The notes beneath the pieces were generated by a model that saw only the letters and a program-made list of their open reading frames with translations, had not been told where the DNA came from and did not search any database. A program made the translations under genes and the position numbers. From an uncultured virus (IMG/VR IMGVR_UViG_3300046517_000932) (taxonomy: Duplodnaviria; Heunggongvirae; Uroviricota; Caudoviricetes), in IMG/VR virus record IMGVR_UViG_3300046517_000932: a DNA stretch of 64,000 bases, one strand, 5' to 3'. Below, piece by piece: positions 15,765 to 25,881 of this stretch. Numbering within the stretch: the stretch's first letter is position 1; each line of letters begins with the position of its first letter.

Positions 15765-18628
15765 TAGAACGTTCCCTCCGGTTCCGATTCTTCAGCCAGG
15801 ATCGGCCCAAGCGGGAGCGTGATGCACTTCGCCTGGATCCCGCTGAACTTCGCCGGTTTGTGATCGTTCCGCGTCGCGCCCTTGACGCGCAGCAGCGCTC
15901 CGCGCAGATCCGCCTCGAACGGCGTGCCCGCGACGAGCGAGCGCAACTGTTCGGACTTGTTCGCGACCAGCAGCACCGTGCCGCGCACCTTCATGCCATG
16001 ACGCCCGAGCAGCGCGTCAGCATCGCTTTTCGTGACGACGCCCGTCTTGCCCTCCTCCATCGCCGCCGCCGCTACGAGCTCGCCGACCGAGTACCGCGCG
16101 CCCTGGTGCGGGATCAGCGCGGACATGAGCGTCCCAAGCGCACCCTGCGCCTCGTCGGTCTCGTTGTTCTCGCGATGCTCCGACCAGTCGAAGCTTTCGA
16201 TCATCGCGTCCGCCTGCTCCGGCGTCGCCTCCTCGCTGCACATCAGCGACCAGCAGCCGGCCAGCAGCGTGCCGTATTGATCGCCCTCGCGCTGCGAGCC
16301 GAAACGCTTTGCGGCCGCCGACGCGAAGACCTCGATGTTTTTCTGGATCACCGGCAGCATGTTGAGCGCGCGACGCATCAGGCGTGCTGCGATCGTCTCG
16401 TCGCTCTTGATCGTCACATACAGATCGTCCTTGAGCGTCTTCCAATTGTCGGCCGCGTTTTCGTCCTCGCGCTTCGGACGCAGCGACATGACCGTCAGCC
16501 GCTCGACGTCGGCTTGGTGCTTGATCGCGACCTGGATCGACGCCAGGCAGAACATCGAGCGGATATGGAACGACATGGCTTCGCCGCCGGCCGTGCCCTT
16601 GAGCGTGCGCGCTTCGGATTCCGTCGACGCCTGGCGGATCAGTGAAAGCACGTTCTGGATCCGCCGGATGTCGCCCTCCTCGTTCGATTCGGATTCGTCG
16701 AACAGCACCGGCCGCGCATCGTTCTTGAGCCACTGGCGAACGCCCGCCTCCGAGCTATTGCCCTGCGCGAACAGCGACGAGCCATTCATGAGCGGATGCA
16801 CGTACTCATTGAGCACGGTCGACTTGCCGCAGCCGGCGCCGCCCGTCAGCCAAATATGCGGCCGCCACTTCAGCGCCCCGCAGATCGGCGCGAGCAGCGC
16901 GAACCCGGCGAGCAGCGCAGCAGAGCCCGGCATCGTCCACCGGAAATGCGTGGCGAGCTGGAATAGCTTGAGCCCATCCGCATCGCTCAGCGCGACGTCC
17001 GCCGGCTCCGGCAGCGCGATATCGACGCCGTACGCGAATCGCGACTCGATTTCCTCGAGCTCCGTTTTCTTGCCGTCGACGGTCAGCCGGCCGCCGTGAT
17101 GGAACACCGTGCGCCCCTCATCGACCCACGCGCCGCGCCCGCGCCGACGACTGTTGTCGTAGACGCCCTCCGCCAGGCACGCGCGCACGAGGAAATTCAC
17201 CGCCGCGCGCTTATTGATGCCGCCCTGCTTGCCGTTGCTGAAATGCAGCTCCCACCAATTCAACTCCGCGATCTCGAGCAGGCCGTTCTCAGAGAAATCC
17301 GACTTTGTCAGCTCCTTGACCTGCTTGGACTCGTTGTGAAAAATGAAATACTTGTCGTCCTTGTAGCCGAGCAGCCTGAAATACGGATTGTCTGACGGGC
17401 GCGAGATAGCAGGAATGGCGCCGGGCTTTTCAACCGGATCCGGCTCGACCGTCCGATTCATATCGTCGTCCGCCGGCGCGTCGAGCACCGCGACGCCGTC
17501 CGCGCTGGGGATGTCGTCCCACGGCGCGACGTCGGCCGCCGGCACCGCCTCGAGCACGTCGACCGGCTCGACCGTCGGCGCCGGCGGATTCAACGTCTCC
17601 GCGATCACGCGACGCACTGCATCCGCACCCTCGAGCCTCATCAGATCGTTGAAGTCAGTCGGGCCTCGAAGCTTCCCCGCCTCGTTCGGGACGCCCAGCG
17701 CCGCATCGAACTCCGGCAGCGCCACCAGCGCGCCGACAGCGTCCCGCACCTCGCGCGCACGCGTCAGGCCTGGATTCGCGACCGGCTTGAGCGTCCATTG
17801 ATCATTGTCCGCGCACACGACCATCGTCGCATCGGGAAACGCACCGCGCATGAACTCCGCCACCGGCAGCAGATTCGGCGCATCGAATGCGACGATTACC
17901 GCGTGATTCGTCGCGGCATGCAGCGATGCGCCAGTCGCGTAACCCTCGCAGAGCAGGATGACCTGCTTACCCTCATGCTCGAGCGGTTTGCCGAACGAGT
18001 AGTAATGCCCGTGCTTGTTCGCGCCGCTCAAATAGTCCTTGTCGCGCCCGAGCTTCTTATCGTCCGGCAGAATCGCCTGCAGCGAATGGATGACCTTGCG
18101 CGACCAGATCGGGATCAGCAGCGCGTTTTTCGAGATGACCGACACCTCGCCTGTGTCCTGGTCGACCTTTTCCCACGTGCCGACACGCAGGCCGTACGAC
18201 TGGATGCCCTTGCGCTGCAGATACGGATGACCGTCGCCCTCGATCGTCGTCGCCGCTTCCCACATGCGATTCGCCAGCACAGCGGCCGCCGCGTGACGTT
18301 CGGCCGTCTCCTGCTCGCGCCGCGCGCGGTCCGCCTCCATCTTTTCGCGATAGGCGCGCTTTTCCTCCGCGCTCATCGGCGCGCGATCGACCTTCATCGA
18401 CCACGAGAATGAGGCGTCGTGCCCAAACTTGCCGTTGTGGCCGTACTTGCCCGCCGGCCGATCGTCGACATGCAGGACGTACCAGGCGTCCTTTACGTTC
18501 TTGCTGTCGCCGCGCGCGTGAACGCGATGCAGCTTGCCGTCGGCGATGATGTCCGCCGGATCGACGTCGATGTCCTGATTGAACATCGCGTCGCAGAATT
18601 CTTCGATTGCCTGTGTTTCATGCACCAC
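15764..18628 (-). CDS. DNA primase-helicase (Toprim plus P-loop ATPase)
   Basis: YLQRKGI, CEGYATG, CADND and TDFNDL Toprim motifs; GGAGCGKST Walker A; LFDESE Walker B. Confidence 0.9.
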   Translation of the reverse strand: MVHETQAIEEFCDAMFNQDIDVDPADIIADGKLHRVHARGDSKNVKDAWYVLHVDDRPAGKYGHNGKFGHDASFSWSMKVDRAPMSAEEKRAYREKMEADRARREQETAERHAAAAVLANRMWEAATTIEGDGHPYLQRKGIQSYGLRVGTWEKVDQDTGEVSVISKNALLIPIWSRKVIHSLQAILPDDKKLGRDKDYLSGANKHGHYYSFGKPLEHEGKQVILLCEGYATGASLHAATNHAVIVAFDAPNLLPVAEFMRGAFPDATMVVCADNDQWTLKPVANPGLTRAREVRDAVGALVALPEFDAALGVPNEAGKLRGPTDFNDLMRLEGADAVRRVIAETLNPPAPTVEPVDVLEAVPAADVAPWDDIPSADGVAVLDAPADDDMNRTVEPDPVEKPGAIPAISRPSDNPYFRLLGYKDDKYFIFHNESKQVKELTKSDFSENGLLEIAELNWWELHFSNGKQGGINKRAAVNFLVRACLAEGVYDNSRRRGRGAWVDEGRTVFHHGGRLTVDGKKTELEEIESRFAYGVDIALPEPADVALSDADGLKLFQLATHFRWTMPGSAALLAGFALLAPICGALKWRPHIWLTGGAGCGKSTVLNEYVHPLMNGSSLFAQGNSSEAGVRQWLKNDARPVLFDESESNEEGDIRRIQNVLSLIRQASTESEARTLKGTAGGEAMSFHIRSMFCLASIQVAIKHQADVERLTVMSLRPKREDENAADNWKTLKDDLYVTIKSDETIAARLMRRALNMLPVIQKNIEVFASAAAKRFGSQREGDQYGTLLAGCWSLMCSEEATPEQADAMIESFDWSEHRENNETDEAQGALGTLMSALIPHQGARYSVGELVAAAAMEEGKTGVVTKSDADALLGRHGMKVRGTVLLVANKSEQLRSLVAGTPFEADLRGALLRVKGATRNDHKPAKFSGIQAKCITLPLGPILAEESEPEGTF

Positions 18629-18670
18629 CGCTCGACCCCCGTAACTTAAAACATAGGGCGCAATTGTACG

Positions 18671-19156
18671 CTACCGCGCGCCCGCCGATACTCTTTTTTG
18701 ATTAAGTAACAGGAGGTTTTGAGGCGCCGGCTTTTGCGGCCGGTAGTTCGCTACGATCTGGCGCGCCGCTTCTGCAGAATTCGCGAAACCCGCGATTCCG
18801 CCGGCGTTTTTGACGACCTGCGTGAAATTTATCTGGCCCTTGCGCTTGTTGCCGCCGCCGGATTCCTTCATCTCGATCGCCGTGAAGACCGCGACCTCGC
18901 ACCCGACCATTTCCTCAGTAATGATCAACCGCGTCCACCCGAGCGTATCGCTCGTTCCCTCGATCGGATCGCCCTTCGGATCCGCGAGACCGAGCGCGAC
19001 CGGCCGCGCGTTCGGGACGAGCACGGATCCGCCGACCAGGCGTTGCGGTCTGCCGCCGCTCGATAGCCAGGCCTTTCCCGTATTGACCCGGAACAGCGTC
19101 GTGCCGAGCGACGAGACGGCGAGCCACGCCGAGCGCAGTACGTTGGACTCTTTCAT
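18671..19156 (-). CDS. VRR-NUC-like nuclease
   Basis: LFRVNTG, GTSDTLG, FTAIEMK, Q..F...V..AGGIAG. Confidence 0.8.
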   Translation of the reverse strand: MKESNVLRSAWLAVSSLGTTLFRVNTGKAWLSSGGRPQRLVGGSVLVPNARPVALGLADPKGDPIEGTSDTLGWTRLIITEEMVGCEVAVFTAIEMKESGGGNKRKGQINFTQVVKNAGGIAGFANSAEAARQIVANYRPQKPAPQNLLLLNQKRVSAGAR

Positions 19157-19692
19157 GCTGCGAGCTCGTCCGAGATGTGCATCGGCGCGAGCCACTCAGC
19201 CGGACGATCGTCGCCCTCCTTGAATGTGCGCACGAACGTCAGCAGCATGACGATGTTGCACAGGAAGTGCCCGCGATGCGGTAGATGCGACTCGCCGTCG
19301 TTCTGCTCACCGGCCATCATGCCGAACAGCACGTGACGCGCCGCGCACGCGATCGGCACGCTCCACTGGAAACCCTTCGCCCAGTTCCACGCCGCATACT
19401 TTTTGCGACCGTATTCGAAGACGGCCGCGCACTCGTCCCACGCGGCACCGATCGCCGTGACAGCATCCAGCAGATCGGCGACGCCGCCGCCTTCCTGAAA
19501 GCGTGCCAGCGCAAACAGCGCGTCGATCTCCGCAGCGTATTGGCCGCCGGCGGAATGGCGCGCCTGCTCTGCGATGATGCGCAGGGGGATCAGCTCGAGG
19601 GGGGATTTGCCAGAGTTGTAGCGGGCAGCGGAGCCCTTGGCGGAGGAGGTGATGTCACCAATGCCGTGCTGGTGAGCGGTGATCGGATGCAT
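19153..19692 (-). CDS. dATP/dGTP diphosphohydrolase domain protein (DUF5664-like)
   Basis: RYNSGK..LELIP, VFEYGRKKYAAWNWAKG, RH, DGESHLPH.GH..CN, DDRP. Confidence 0.8.
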   Translation of the reverse strand: MHPITAHQHGIGDITSSAKGSAARYNSGKSPLELIPLRIIAEQARHSAGGQYAAEIDALFALARFQEGGGVADLLDAVTAIGAAWDECAAVFEYGRKKYAAWNWAKGFQWSVPIACAARHVLFGMMAGEQNDGESHLPHRGHFLCNIVMLLTFVRTFKEGDDRPAEWLAPMHISDELAA

Positions 19693-19740
19693 GGTCTCTC
19701 GAGGCGTGAGGTTTGATGAACACGCCCCGAGACGAGACCT

Positions 19741-20187
19741 TTAGAACGGGACGTCCCCATCAGTCACAGGGGCTTTCGTGTTCTGCGGAGGAGTCGGCGC
19801 AGGGCGTTGCTGGCGAGTGGACGAATTATTCGTGTCACGACCGCCGCCGGCACCGTCCGGTTTTGCGCTGAGCATCTTCAGCTCGGACGCCTTGACCTCA
19901 GTCGAGTACTTCTCGACGCCCGCGTTATCGGTCCACTTGCGCGTCTTGATCGAACCCTCGACAAAGACGAGCGAACCCTTGACCAGGTATTCAGCAGCGA
20001 TCTCCGCCAGGCGCCCGAAGAACGACACGCGATGCCACTCCGTCTCCTCGCGCATCTCGCCCGACGTCTTGTCCTTCCACTTCTCAGTCGTCGCGACCTT
20101 GATGTTTGTGACGGCGTCGCCCGACGGCAAGTAACGCGTTTCCGGATCCGCGCCGAGGCGCCCAATGATCTGCAGCTTGTTCAACAT
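19741..20187 (-). CDS. ssb: Single-stranded DNA-binding protein
   Basis: [21 protein letters not shown] and C-terminal DVPF. Confidence 0.95.
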   Translation of the reverse strand: MLNKLQIIGRLGADPETRYLPSGDAVTNIKVATTEKWKDKTSGEMREETEWHRVSFFGRLAEIAAEYLVKGSLVFVEGSIKTRKWTDNAGVEKYSTEVKASELKMLSAKPDGAGGGRDTNNSSTRQQRPAPTPPQNTKAPVTDGDVPF

Positions 20188-20214
20188 GGTGCTTCCCTTC
20201 TATGGTTATGACGC

Positions 20215-21930
20215 TCAGACGAGCGCCGGTTTTTCTTCAGCGATCTCGCCCAACGTGCGTCGCATGAACTCCTGGAACTTCGCGTATTCCGCCGCCTCAT
20301 CCGGCACGTCAAAGACGTCGTATGTGACCTCGCCAGCCTTGACCGTCTCGAGCAGCCTGTCGCGCCACTCGCGCAACTCCTTCGGCTTCATCGACTTGAT
20401 CGCCGTCATCGATTTTCCGAACTCTGACAGCACAGACTTACCCGTGCGTGCGCGCCAGGCGTCGAGACCCGTCGTTAGCCTGTCGATCAGATCCTGCTTT
20501 TCACGGCGTGCCTTGTCGATCTTTTCCGCGCGGCCGCGTGAGTAGCCGAGCACGTTCACCATCTCGTCGACGGTTTGCGCGCGGCCCTGCTCCTCGCGCT
20601 TCTTTTGGCTCAGCGCCGCCGCCATCTCCGCCGTAACCTTGCCGAGCTTGCCCTCGACCTGCTCGAGCTGGCGCGGACCCGCAATCGGATACTCGAATTT
20701 GCAGACGGGGCACGCCGGCGCCGGTTCGTGCACGTGAAAGCACTTCGGACATTGCTTGAGCGCGACTGTGTCCTCCTCGTCCTTCGCCTTGCCCTTGCCC
20801 TTCTTCCGGCCGTCGAGGGTCCACTCGCGATCCTCGTTCGGCATACCGTGCTTACGCTTGAACGTGCCGTCGACCATCATGCCGACGTTGCCAACGTGAT
20901 CGAGCAGCCAGGCCTCAGTCTTGCCATCTTCGGGACGCTCGACGCGCCCGACCTGCTGCAGGAACAGCGATTCCGACGCTGTCGGCCGAAGCATGATGCA
21001 GCACTGCAGCGCAGGCAGGTCATACCCTTCGGATACCAGATCAACCGTGCACGCGCCTTGCAGCTCGCCCGTGCGCAGTTTCTTGTTGACGGCCGTTCGC
21101 TCTGCATCGCTCATATGCGGCTCGCCGACGAGCAGCGCGAAGCGGTACCCGGCCGCATTGAACTCATCGGCAACGTGCTGCGCATGCTTGACGCTGGCGC
21201 AGAACACGATCGCTCGAGCGCCTGGGCAGATCTCCGTGTAGTGCGCGACGGCAGACCCGGTAATGTGCGGTTTGTCGACGCGCGCCGCGACCTCGTTCGC
21301 GTTGTATTCACCGTCCTTGTTCTTGCCGACGCCCTTTAGGTCAGGCGTATCGAACGAGCAATAGACAGTGGAAGCAATCAGGTTCCCGCGCTCGATCAGC
21401 TCCGGCTTAGACGGTCCGAGCACCATCGTTTTAAACAGTCCGCCGGCATGCTCGCCGAGCCCCTTGCCATCGGTACGCACAGGCGTCGCCGTCACACCAA
21501 GCATCGGCGGCCGACCTAGTTGCTCGAAGACGCGCCCCCACTTGTTATCAGCGACGACGTGATGCGCCTCATCAAAAATGACCAGATCGAACTTCATCGC
21601 GCCTTTTTTGAGGCGGATCAGCAATGTGTCGATACTCGCAACCTGGATCAACTGATTGGGATCCGGCGTGAAGTGCGGCGAGATTAGACCGTGCTTAATT
21701 CCCAGCGACCGCAGTGACGCGGATGCTTGTAGGAGGAGCTCTTTACGGTGGACGATGATGCAGACAGCTCTAGCCAAAGCAGCAGCGCTAGAAGCTATGT
21801 AGCTGAAGGTGTAGGTTTTCCCACCACCTGCCGGGAGCACAAATAACGTTGGATGTAGGCCTGCCCGAAAAGCTGCGCGGACCTCGTCAACAGCAGACTG
21901 CTGATAGTCACGAAGTGCAATGCTCGTCAT
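20215..21930 (-). CDS. DEAH-box SF2 helicase (RadD/UvsW-like) with Zn finger
   Basis: LRDYQ, AGGGKT, DEAHH, TATP, QQVGRVER, CPKC..CPVC. Confidence 0.9.
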   Translation of the reverse strand: MTSIALRDYQQSAVDEVRAAFRAGLHPTLFVLPAGGGKTYTFSYIASSAAALARAVCIIVHRKELLLQASASLRSLGIKHGLISPHFTPDPNQLIQVASIDTLLIRLKKGAMKFDLVIFDEAHHVVADNKWGRVFEQLGRPPMLGVTATPVRTDGKGLGEHAGGLFKTMVLGPSKPELIERGNLIASTVYCSFDTPDLKGVGKNKDGEYNANEVAARVDKPHITGSAVAHYTEICPGARAIVFCASVKHAQHVADEFNAAGYRFALLVGEPHMSDAERTAVNKKLRTGELQGACTVDLVSEGYDLPALQCCIMLRPTASESLFLQQVGRVERPEDGKTEAWLLDHVGNVGMMVDGTFKRKHGMPNEDREWTLDGRKKGKGKAKDEEDTVALKQCPKCFHVHEPAPACPVCKFEYPIAGPRQLEQVEGKLGKVTAEMAAALSQKKREEQGRAQTVDEMVNVLGYSRGRAEKIDKARREKQDLIDRLTTGLDAWRARTGKSVLSEFGKSMTAIKSMKPKELREWRDRLLETVKAGEVTYDVFDVPDEAAEYAKFQEFMRRTLGEIAEEKPALV

Positions 21931-21992
21931 AGATTGAAATGTGAAGGCGCAGAAATAAAAGGAAGGGTCCACGCCCGGTTAATGGACTTCTA

Positions 21993-22008
21993 ATGCTGAC
22001 GTCACGAC
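21993..22008 (-). promoter_or_regulatory. Late-type promoter motif GTCGTGAC-GTC-AGCAT upstream of the helicase
   Basis: Exact motif match in an intergenic position. Confidence 0.6.
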
Positions 22009-22012
22009 AAAT

Positions 22013-22270
22013 TTATTCGTCGCTGCTCTGCTTCTTAGCTGCTGCTCGCGCGGCCGCTATCTCAGCCTTTCGATCCGCAATGATTTGCTCCATCTGATCG
22101 ACAAGCTGAATAGTCTTTGGCACCTCGCCCTTTCTCCAGCGATCCGGCGTCGCACGTGAGATGCCGCCGATCTCACAGATCGACGTGAAGTTAAGACCAA
22201 CCTTCCTCGCGTCTTCTTCAATCTTGGCGACGCGATCTCGGAATACCTCACCAAACGACTTGCTAGACAT
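22013..22270 (-). CDS. Cro/XRE-like HTH regulator
   Basis: GLNFTSICEIGGISRATPDRWRKG; first gene of a divergent control region. Confidence 0.75.
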   Translation of the reverse strand: MSSKSFGEVFRDRVAKIEEDARKVGLNFTSICEIGGISRATPDRWRKGEVPKTIQLVDQMEQIIADRKAEIAAARAAAKKQSSDE

Positions 22271-22302
22271 TGCTTCTCTTCCTTTTTGTGGATATTTCTA
22301 TT

Positions 22303-22464
22303 GTATCAAAAATGAGTAAGTGCAGTAAGAGTGCCATTGATCGAACCCCATTACAACCCCCCGCCTGTGGCGCCATGAGCGGAACCGCACAAAAGTACGT
22401 CAGCACCTTGTCACATACTCAAATTTAGAGCACACTCTCGCCGTTTATTAATTATTTTTGAGTA
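22303..22464. promoter_or_regulatory. Divergent control region with three operator copies
   Basis: 22303-22318, 22416-22432 (7-nt spacer variant) and 22449-22464. Confidence 0.65.
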
Positions 22465-22474
22465 AGGACACTGC

Positions 22475-23320
22475 GTGAACCTGCCGTCTTCCCTAGATCT
22501 GACGCGCCTCATCGGGCACGTCGACATCTCGAACGATGATTATCACGCCGGCCCAGGCGTCTCAAAGTCGCACCTCGACGTCGTCGCCGAGAAGTCCATG
22601 CTCCACTACTGGCAAATGTACGTGAACCCGAACCGCCCGGCGCAGCAGGCCAAGGATCACTTTGTGATCGGCCAGGCCACGCACGCAGCGATCCTAGAGC
22701 CCGATCTGTTCACATCCGAATTTGTTGAGTCTCCTTCTTTCAATATGAGGACGAAGGACGGCAAACAGATGTTTGCTAACTTTGTAGAGGAAAACCCGGG
22801 TAAGCAGATCCTGCACCCCGAGGACTACAAAATGTGCCTCGACATCCGCGACGCTGTCTATAGGCACCCGGTTGCACCCGGTCTCCTCAAAAATGGAAAA
22901 ACCGAACAATCCTTCTACGTTGTCGACCAGGAAACCGGCGAGCTTATTAAGTGCCGCTTCGACTTCCTGCAAGACGGCGGCGCAATCGCGCTCGACCTGA
23001 AAACCACGAAGGACGCCAGCCCGCGCGGGTTTGCCAAGGACGCGGCGAACTACCGCTACGACATAGCGCCGGCCTGGTATTTCGACGTCCTCCGGCAGCT
23101 CTACGGCGAAGTTCCCAAACACTGGGTATGGCTCGCCATCGAGAAAGTAGAGCCCTTTGCACTGGGAATTTACTACGCCAAACCCGAAGACATCATGCGC
23201 GCGCACGAAACCGCGCGTCGCGATTTTAACCGCATTGTGATCGCCAAAAAAGAGGAATCCTGGCCCGACTACGGCACCGAAGCCCTCCCCCTCGAATTCC
23301 CCGGCTGGATGAAGCGCTAG
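22475..23320 (+). CDS. RecE/exonuclease VIII-like PD-(D/E)XK nuclease
   Basis: YHA..GVSKS.L, GQATHAAILEP, KCRFD, LDLKTT. Confidence 0.85.
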   Translation: MNLPSSLDLTRLIGHVDISNDDYHAGPGVSKSHLDVVAEKSMLHYWQMYVNPNRPAQQAKDHFVIGQATHAAILEPDLFTSEFVESPSFNMRTKDGKQMFANFVEENPGKQILHPEDYKMCLDIRDAVYRHPVAPGLLKNGKTEQSFYVVDQETGELIKCRFDFLQDGGAIALDLKTTKDASPRGFAKDAANYRYDIAPAWYFDVLRQLYGEVPKHWVWLAIEKVEPFALGIYYAKPEDIMRAHETARRDFNRIVIAKKEESWPDYGTEALPLEFPGWMKR

Positions 23321-23351
23321 ACCTGTCCCCATATACAGAAGATACTTAAAA

Positions 23352-24674
23352 ATGCATATTGAACACATCAAAATCTCGAACATCCTTGGCGTCCAAGATC
23401 TCGAATTCTCGCCGTCGGGTTTCACGGAGATCTCCGGGCGCAACGGATCCGGCAAAACGTCCGTGCTCGAGGCGATCAAGGCCACCATCAAAGGCGGACA
23501 CGACGCGACGCTCCTGCGCAAAGGCGCCGACAAGGGTGAAGTCGTTTTCGTGCTCGACGACGGCACCAGCATCAAGCGCCGCGTCGGCCCGAGCACGAGC
23601 ACGACCGATGTGACGCGCGACGGCAAGAAGGTGCCGCGCCCGCAAGAGGCGATCCAGGCGCTCACCGACATGCTGTCGGTCAACCCCGTCGACTTTCTCC
23701 GCGCGGCGAAGAAGGACCGCGTTCGCGTGCTGCTCGAGGCGATGCCGATCGAGCTCGACGCCGCCAAGCTCACGGCGATCGCCGGCCTCGAAGTGAGCGC
23801 CCAGCACGGCCTGCACGCGCTGCACGTCATCGAGACAGTCGCCAAACAGGTGTACGACCTGCGCACCGGCTCGAACCGCGCGATCAAGGAGAAAGAGGCA
23901 ACGATCAACCAGCTCCGCCAGGCGATTCCGGCCGCGCCCGCCGGCCTGGACGGCGACGAGAACGCCCTCAGCGCGAAGCTCACCGAGATCGATGCCGCCA
24001 AGCAGGCCGAGATGGACCGCATCGCGACGAAGCTTGTCGGGATCCGCAACGACGCACAGGCACAGATCGACGCGATCCGCGCGAAGGCGCAGGCCGATAT
24101 CGATGCGATCAAGGCCAAAGGCCAGGAAGACGCCGACGCCGTCAAAGCAACCCTGTCCGCGACCGAACTCGCGGCCGCGACTCAGCGCGAACGATCGACG
24201 CAGCGATTCGCCGACGAGCGCGCGCCAGTCGCGCAGCAGCTCGCGATGATCCGCGAGAACCGCGACCTTCACGCACGCCGCGCGCAGACGCTCGACACGA
24301 TCGACATTCTCTCGACGGAACTCACCGAGCTCCAGGAAGAATCCGCCGGGCACACGGCCGCGCTCGAGGGAATCGCTCAGTACAAGTCGGATCTCCTCGC
24401 AAACCTGCCGATCCCAGGCGTCGAGGTGAAGGACGGTGAGATTTTCCGGGACGGCGTGCCGCTGGATCGACTCAACACGGCCCAGCAGGTCGACGTCGCT
24501 GTCGAAGTAGCCAAACTCCGCGCCGGCGGCCTGGGAGTGATCTGCGTCGACGGGATCGAGCTGCTCGACACCGGCGCATACGAGGCTTTCCGCGACCGCG
24601 CGCTCGAGAGCGGCCTGCAAATGTTCGTCAGCAAAGTGACGGACGATGAATTCTCAATCACGTCGCAGTCCTAA
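23352..24674 (+). CDS. SMC/SbcC-like AAA ATPase
   Basis: GRNGSGKTS Walker A, long coiled coil, CVDGIELLD Walker B. Confidence 0.85.
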   Translation: MHIEHIKISNILGVQDLEFSPSGFTEISGRNGSGKTSVLEAIKATIKGGHDATLLRKGADKGEVVFVLDDGTSIKRRVGPSTSTTDVTRDGKKVPRPQEAIQALTDMLSVNPVDFLRAAKKDRVRVLLEAMPIELDAAKLTAIAGLEVSAQHGLHALHVIETVAKQVYDLRTGSNRAIKEKEATINQLRQAIPAAPAGLDGDENALSAKLTEIDAAKQAEMDRIATKLVGIRNDAQAQIDAIRAKAQADIDAIKAKGQEDADAVKATLSATELAAATQRERSTQRFADERAPVAQQLAMIRENRDLHARRAQTLDTIDILSTELTELQEESAGHTAALEGIAQYKSDLLANLPIPGVEVKDGEIFRDGVPLDRLNTAQQVDVAVEVAKLRAGGLGVICVDGIELLDTGAYEAFRDRALESGLQMFVSKVTDDEFSITSQS

Positions 24675-24744
24675 GACAGAGAAAAATCGCACACCCTGGA
24701 CTTGATCAAATATAATCAAGTCCACTTTCAAACCCGGAGTAAAA

Positions 24745-25800
24745 ATGTCGTCTGAAATTCAACGTGCCGAGCAGAGCAACCCGTTCCAACGCATGATGCA
24801 AACCGCCACCGGCAGCAACGTCGGCGCAGTCTCGATCGAGTCGGAACGCGCGATCGCCGAAGCACGCGGGCAGATGCAGCTCGCCAAGATGTTCCCGCGC
24901 GACCTGAACGCCGCGTATGCCGAGATGATGGACGCTTGCAAGCTCCAGGCACTCGCGAAAGTCGCGTTCTACTCGGTCCCGCAAGGCGGACAGAAAGTTA
25001 CAGGCCCGTCGATCCGCCTCGCCGAGGAGATCGCGCGCATTTATGGCAACTTCGAATTCGGCCACCGCGAGCTGTCGCGCATCGACGCGACGCCGGACTC
25101 GTTCGGTAAGAGCGAAATCGAGGTGTATGCCTGGGACAAGGAGAAGAACAACCGCTCCATCCGCCAGATCACCGTTCTGCACGTGCTGGATACCAAGGAC
25201 GGCCCGCGCAAGCTGCGCGACCAGAAGGACGTCGACAACAAGATCGCGAACGTCGCCAGCAAGCAGGCACGCGGCCGGATCCTCGCACTGTTGCCGAAGT
25301 GGCTCATCGAAGCCGCGCAGGATGAATGCCGCAAGACGCTCGCCGGCGACAACACGGAGCCGCTCGCCGTGCGCGTGCGCAAGATGACCCAGGCATTCGC
25401 CGCATTCGGCGTGACGCCTGCTCACCTCGAGACCTACCTCAATACGAAGCTCGACGCCGTCCTGGTCGACCAGCTCGTCGATCTCACGGGCGTCTACAAC
25501 GCATTGCGCGAAGGCACCCCGGCATCGGATTTCTTTGGCGAGAACGCCGCCGTCGCAGCCGACGCCACCGGCGCCGAGCTCACGACGCAAGCCAAGGGCG
25601 CACTGGCCGAAGCTACGAAGGCCGCACCGAAGGCAGCGCGCGCACCGAAGGCGGCCGCACCTGTAGTCGACGAGCCGAAGGCTGATGCACAACCGGCAGC
25701 ACAAGAGCAGCCGAAGGACGAAGCGCCGGCACCGGCCGCAGCAGAACCCGAAAAGGCAGCAGCACCCGCAGCACAGGCAGCACCCGCAGACGTTTTCTAA
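24745..25800 (+). CDS. Putative recombination/ssDNA-annealing protein
   Basis: AKMFPRD...GPSIRLAEEIARIYGN conserved phage motif; position after the RecE-like nuclease; acidic/Phe C-terminus (DVF). Function inferred from gene order. Confidence 0.55.
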   Translation: MSSEIQRAEQSNPFQRMMQTATGSNVGAVSIESERAIAEARGQMQLAKMFPRDLNAAYAEMMDACKLQALAKVAFYSVPQGGQKVTGPSIRLAEEIARIYGNFEFGHRELSRIDATPDSFGKSEIEVYAWDKEKNNRSIRQITVLHVLDTKDGPRKLRDQKDVDNKIANVASKQARGRILALLPKWLIEAAQDECRKTLAGDNTEPLAVRVRKMTQAFAAFGVTPAHLETYLNTKLDAVLVDQLVDLTGVYNALREGTPASDFFGENAAVAADATGAELTTQAKGALAEATKAAPKAARAPKAAAPVVDEPKADAQPAAQEQPKDEAPAPAAAEPEKAAAPAAQAAPADVF

Positions 25801-25881
25801 GCAGCAAGCAGCATAGCTAGACCATGAGGCGCCCGGATCCCCCGGGCGCCTTCTACCAGGTTTCACGCGAACGAGACCACT

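Noticed and set aside
19153..19692. Z-genome (2-aminoadenine) pathway
   Set aside because: No PurZ or phage DNA polymerase is visible in the window.
19826..19841. GTCGTGAC inside ssb
   Set aside because: Coding position and the final T is displaced by one base (ACG-AATAAT); not counted as a promoter, though it cannot be fully excluded.
25560..25800. Repetitive GCACC/GCAGC tract
   Set aside because: Encodes an Ala/Pro-rich low-complexity linker; not a DNA repeat element.
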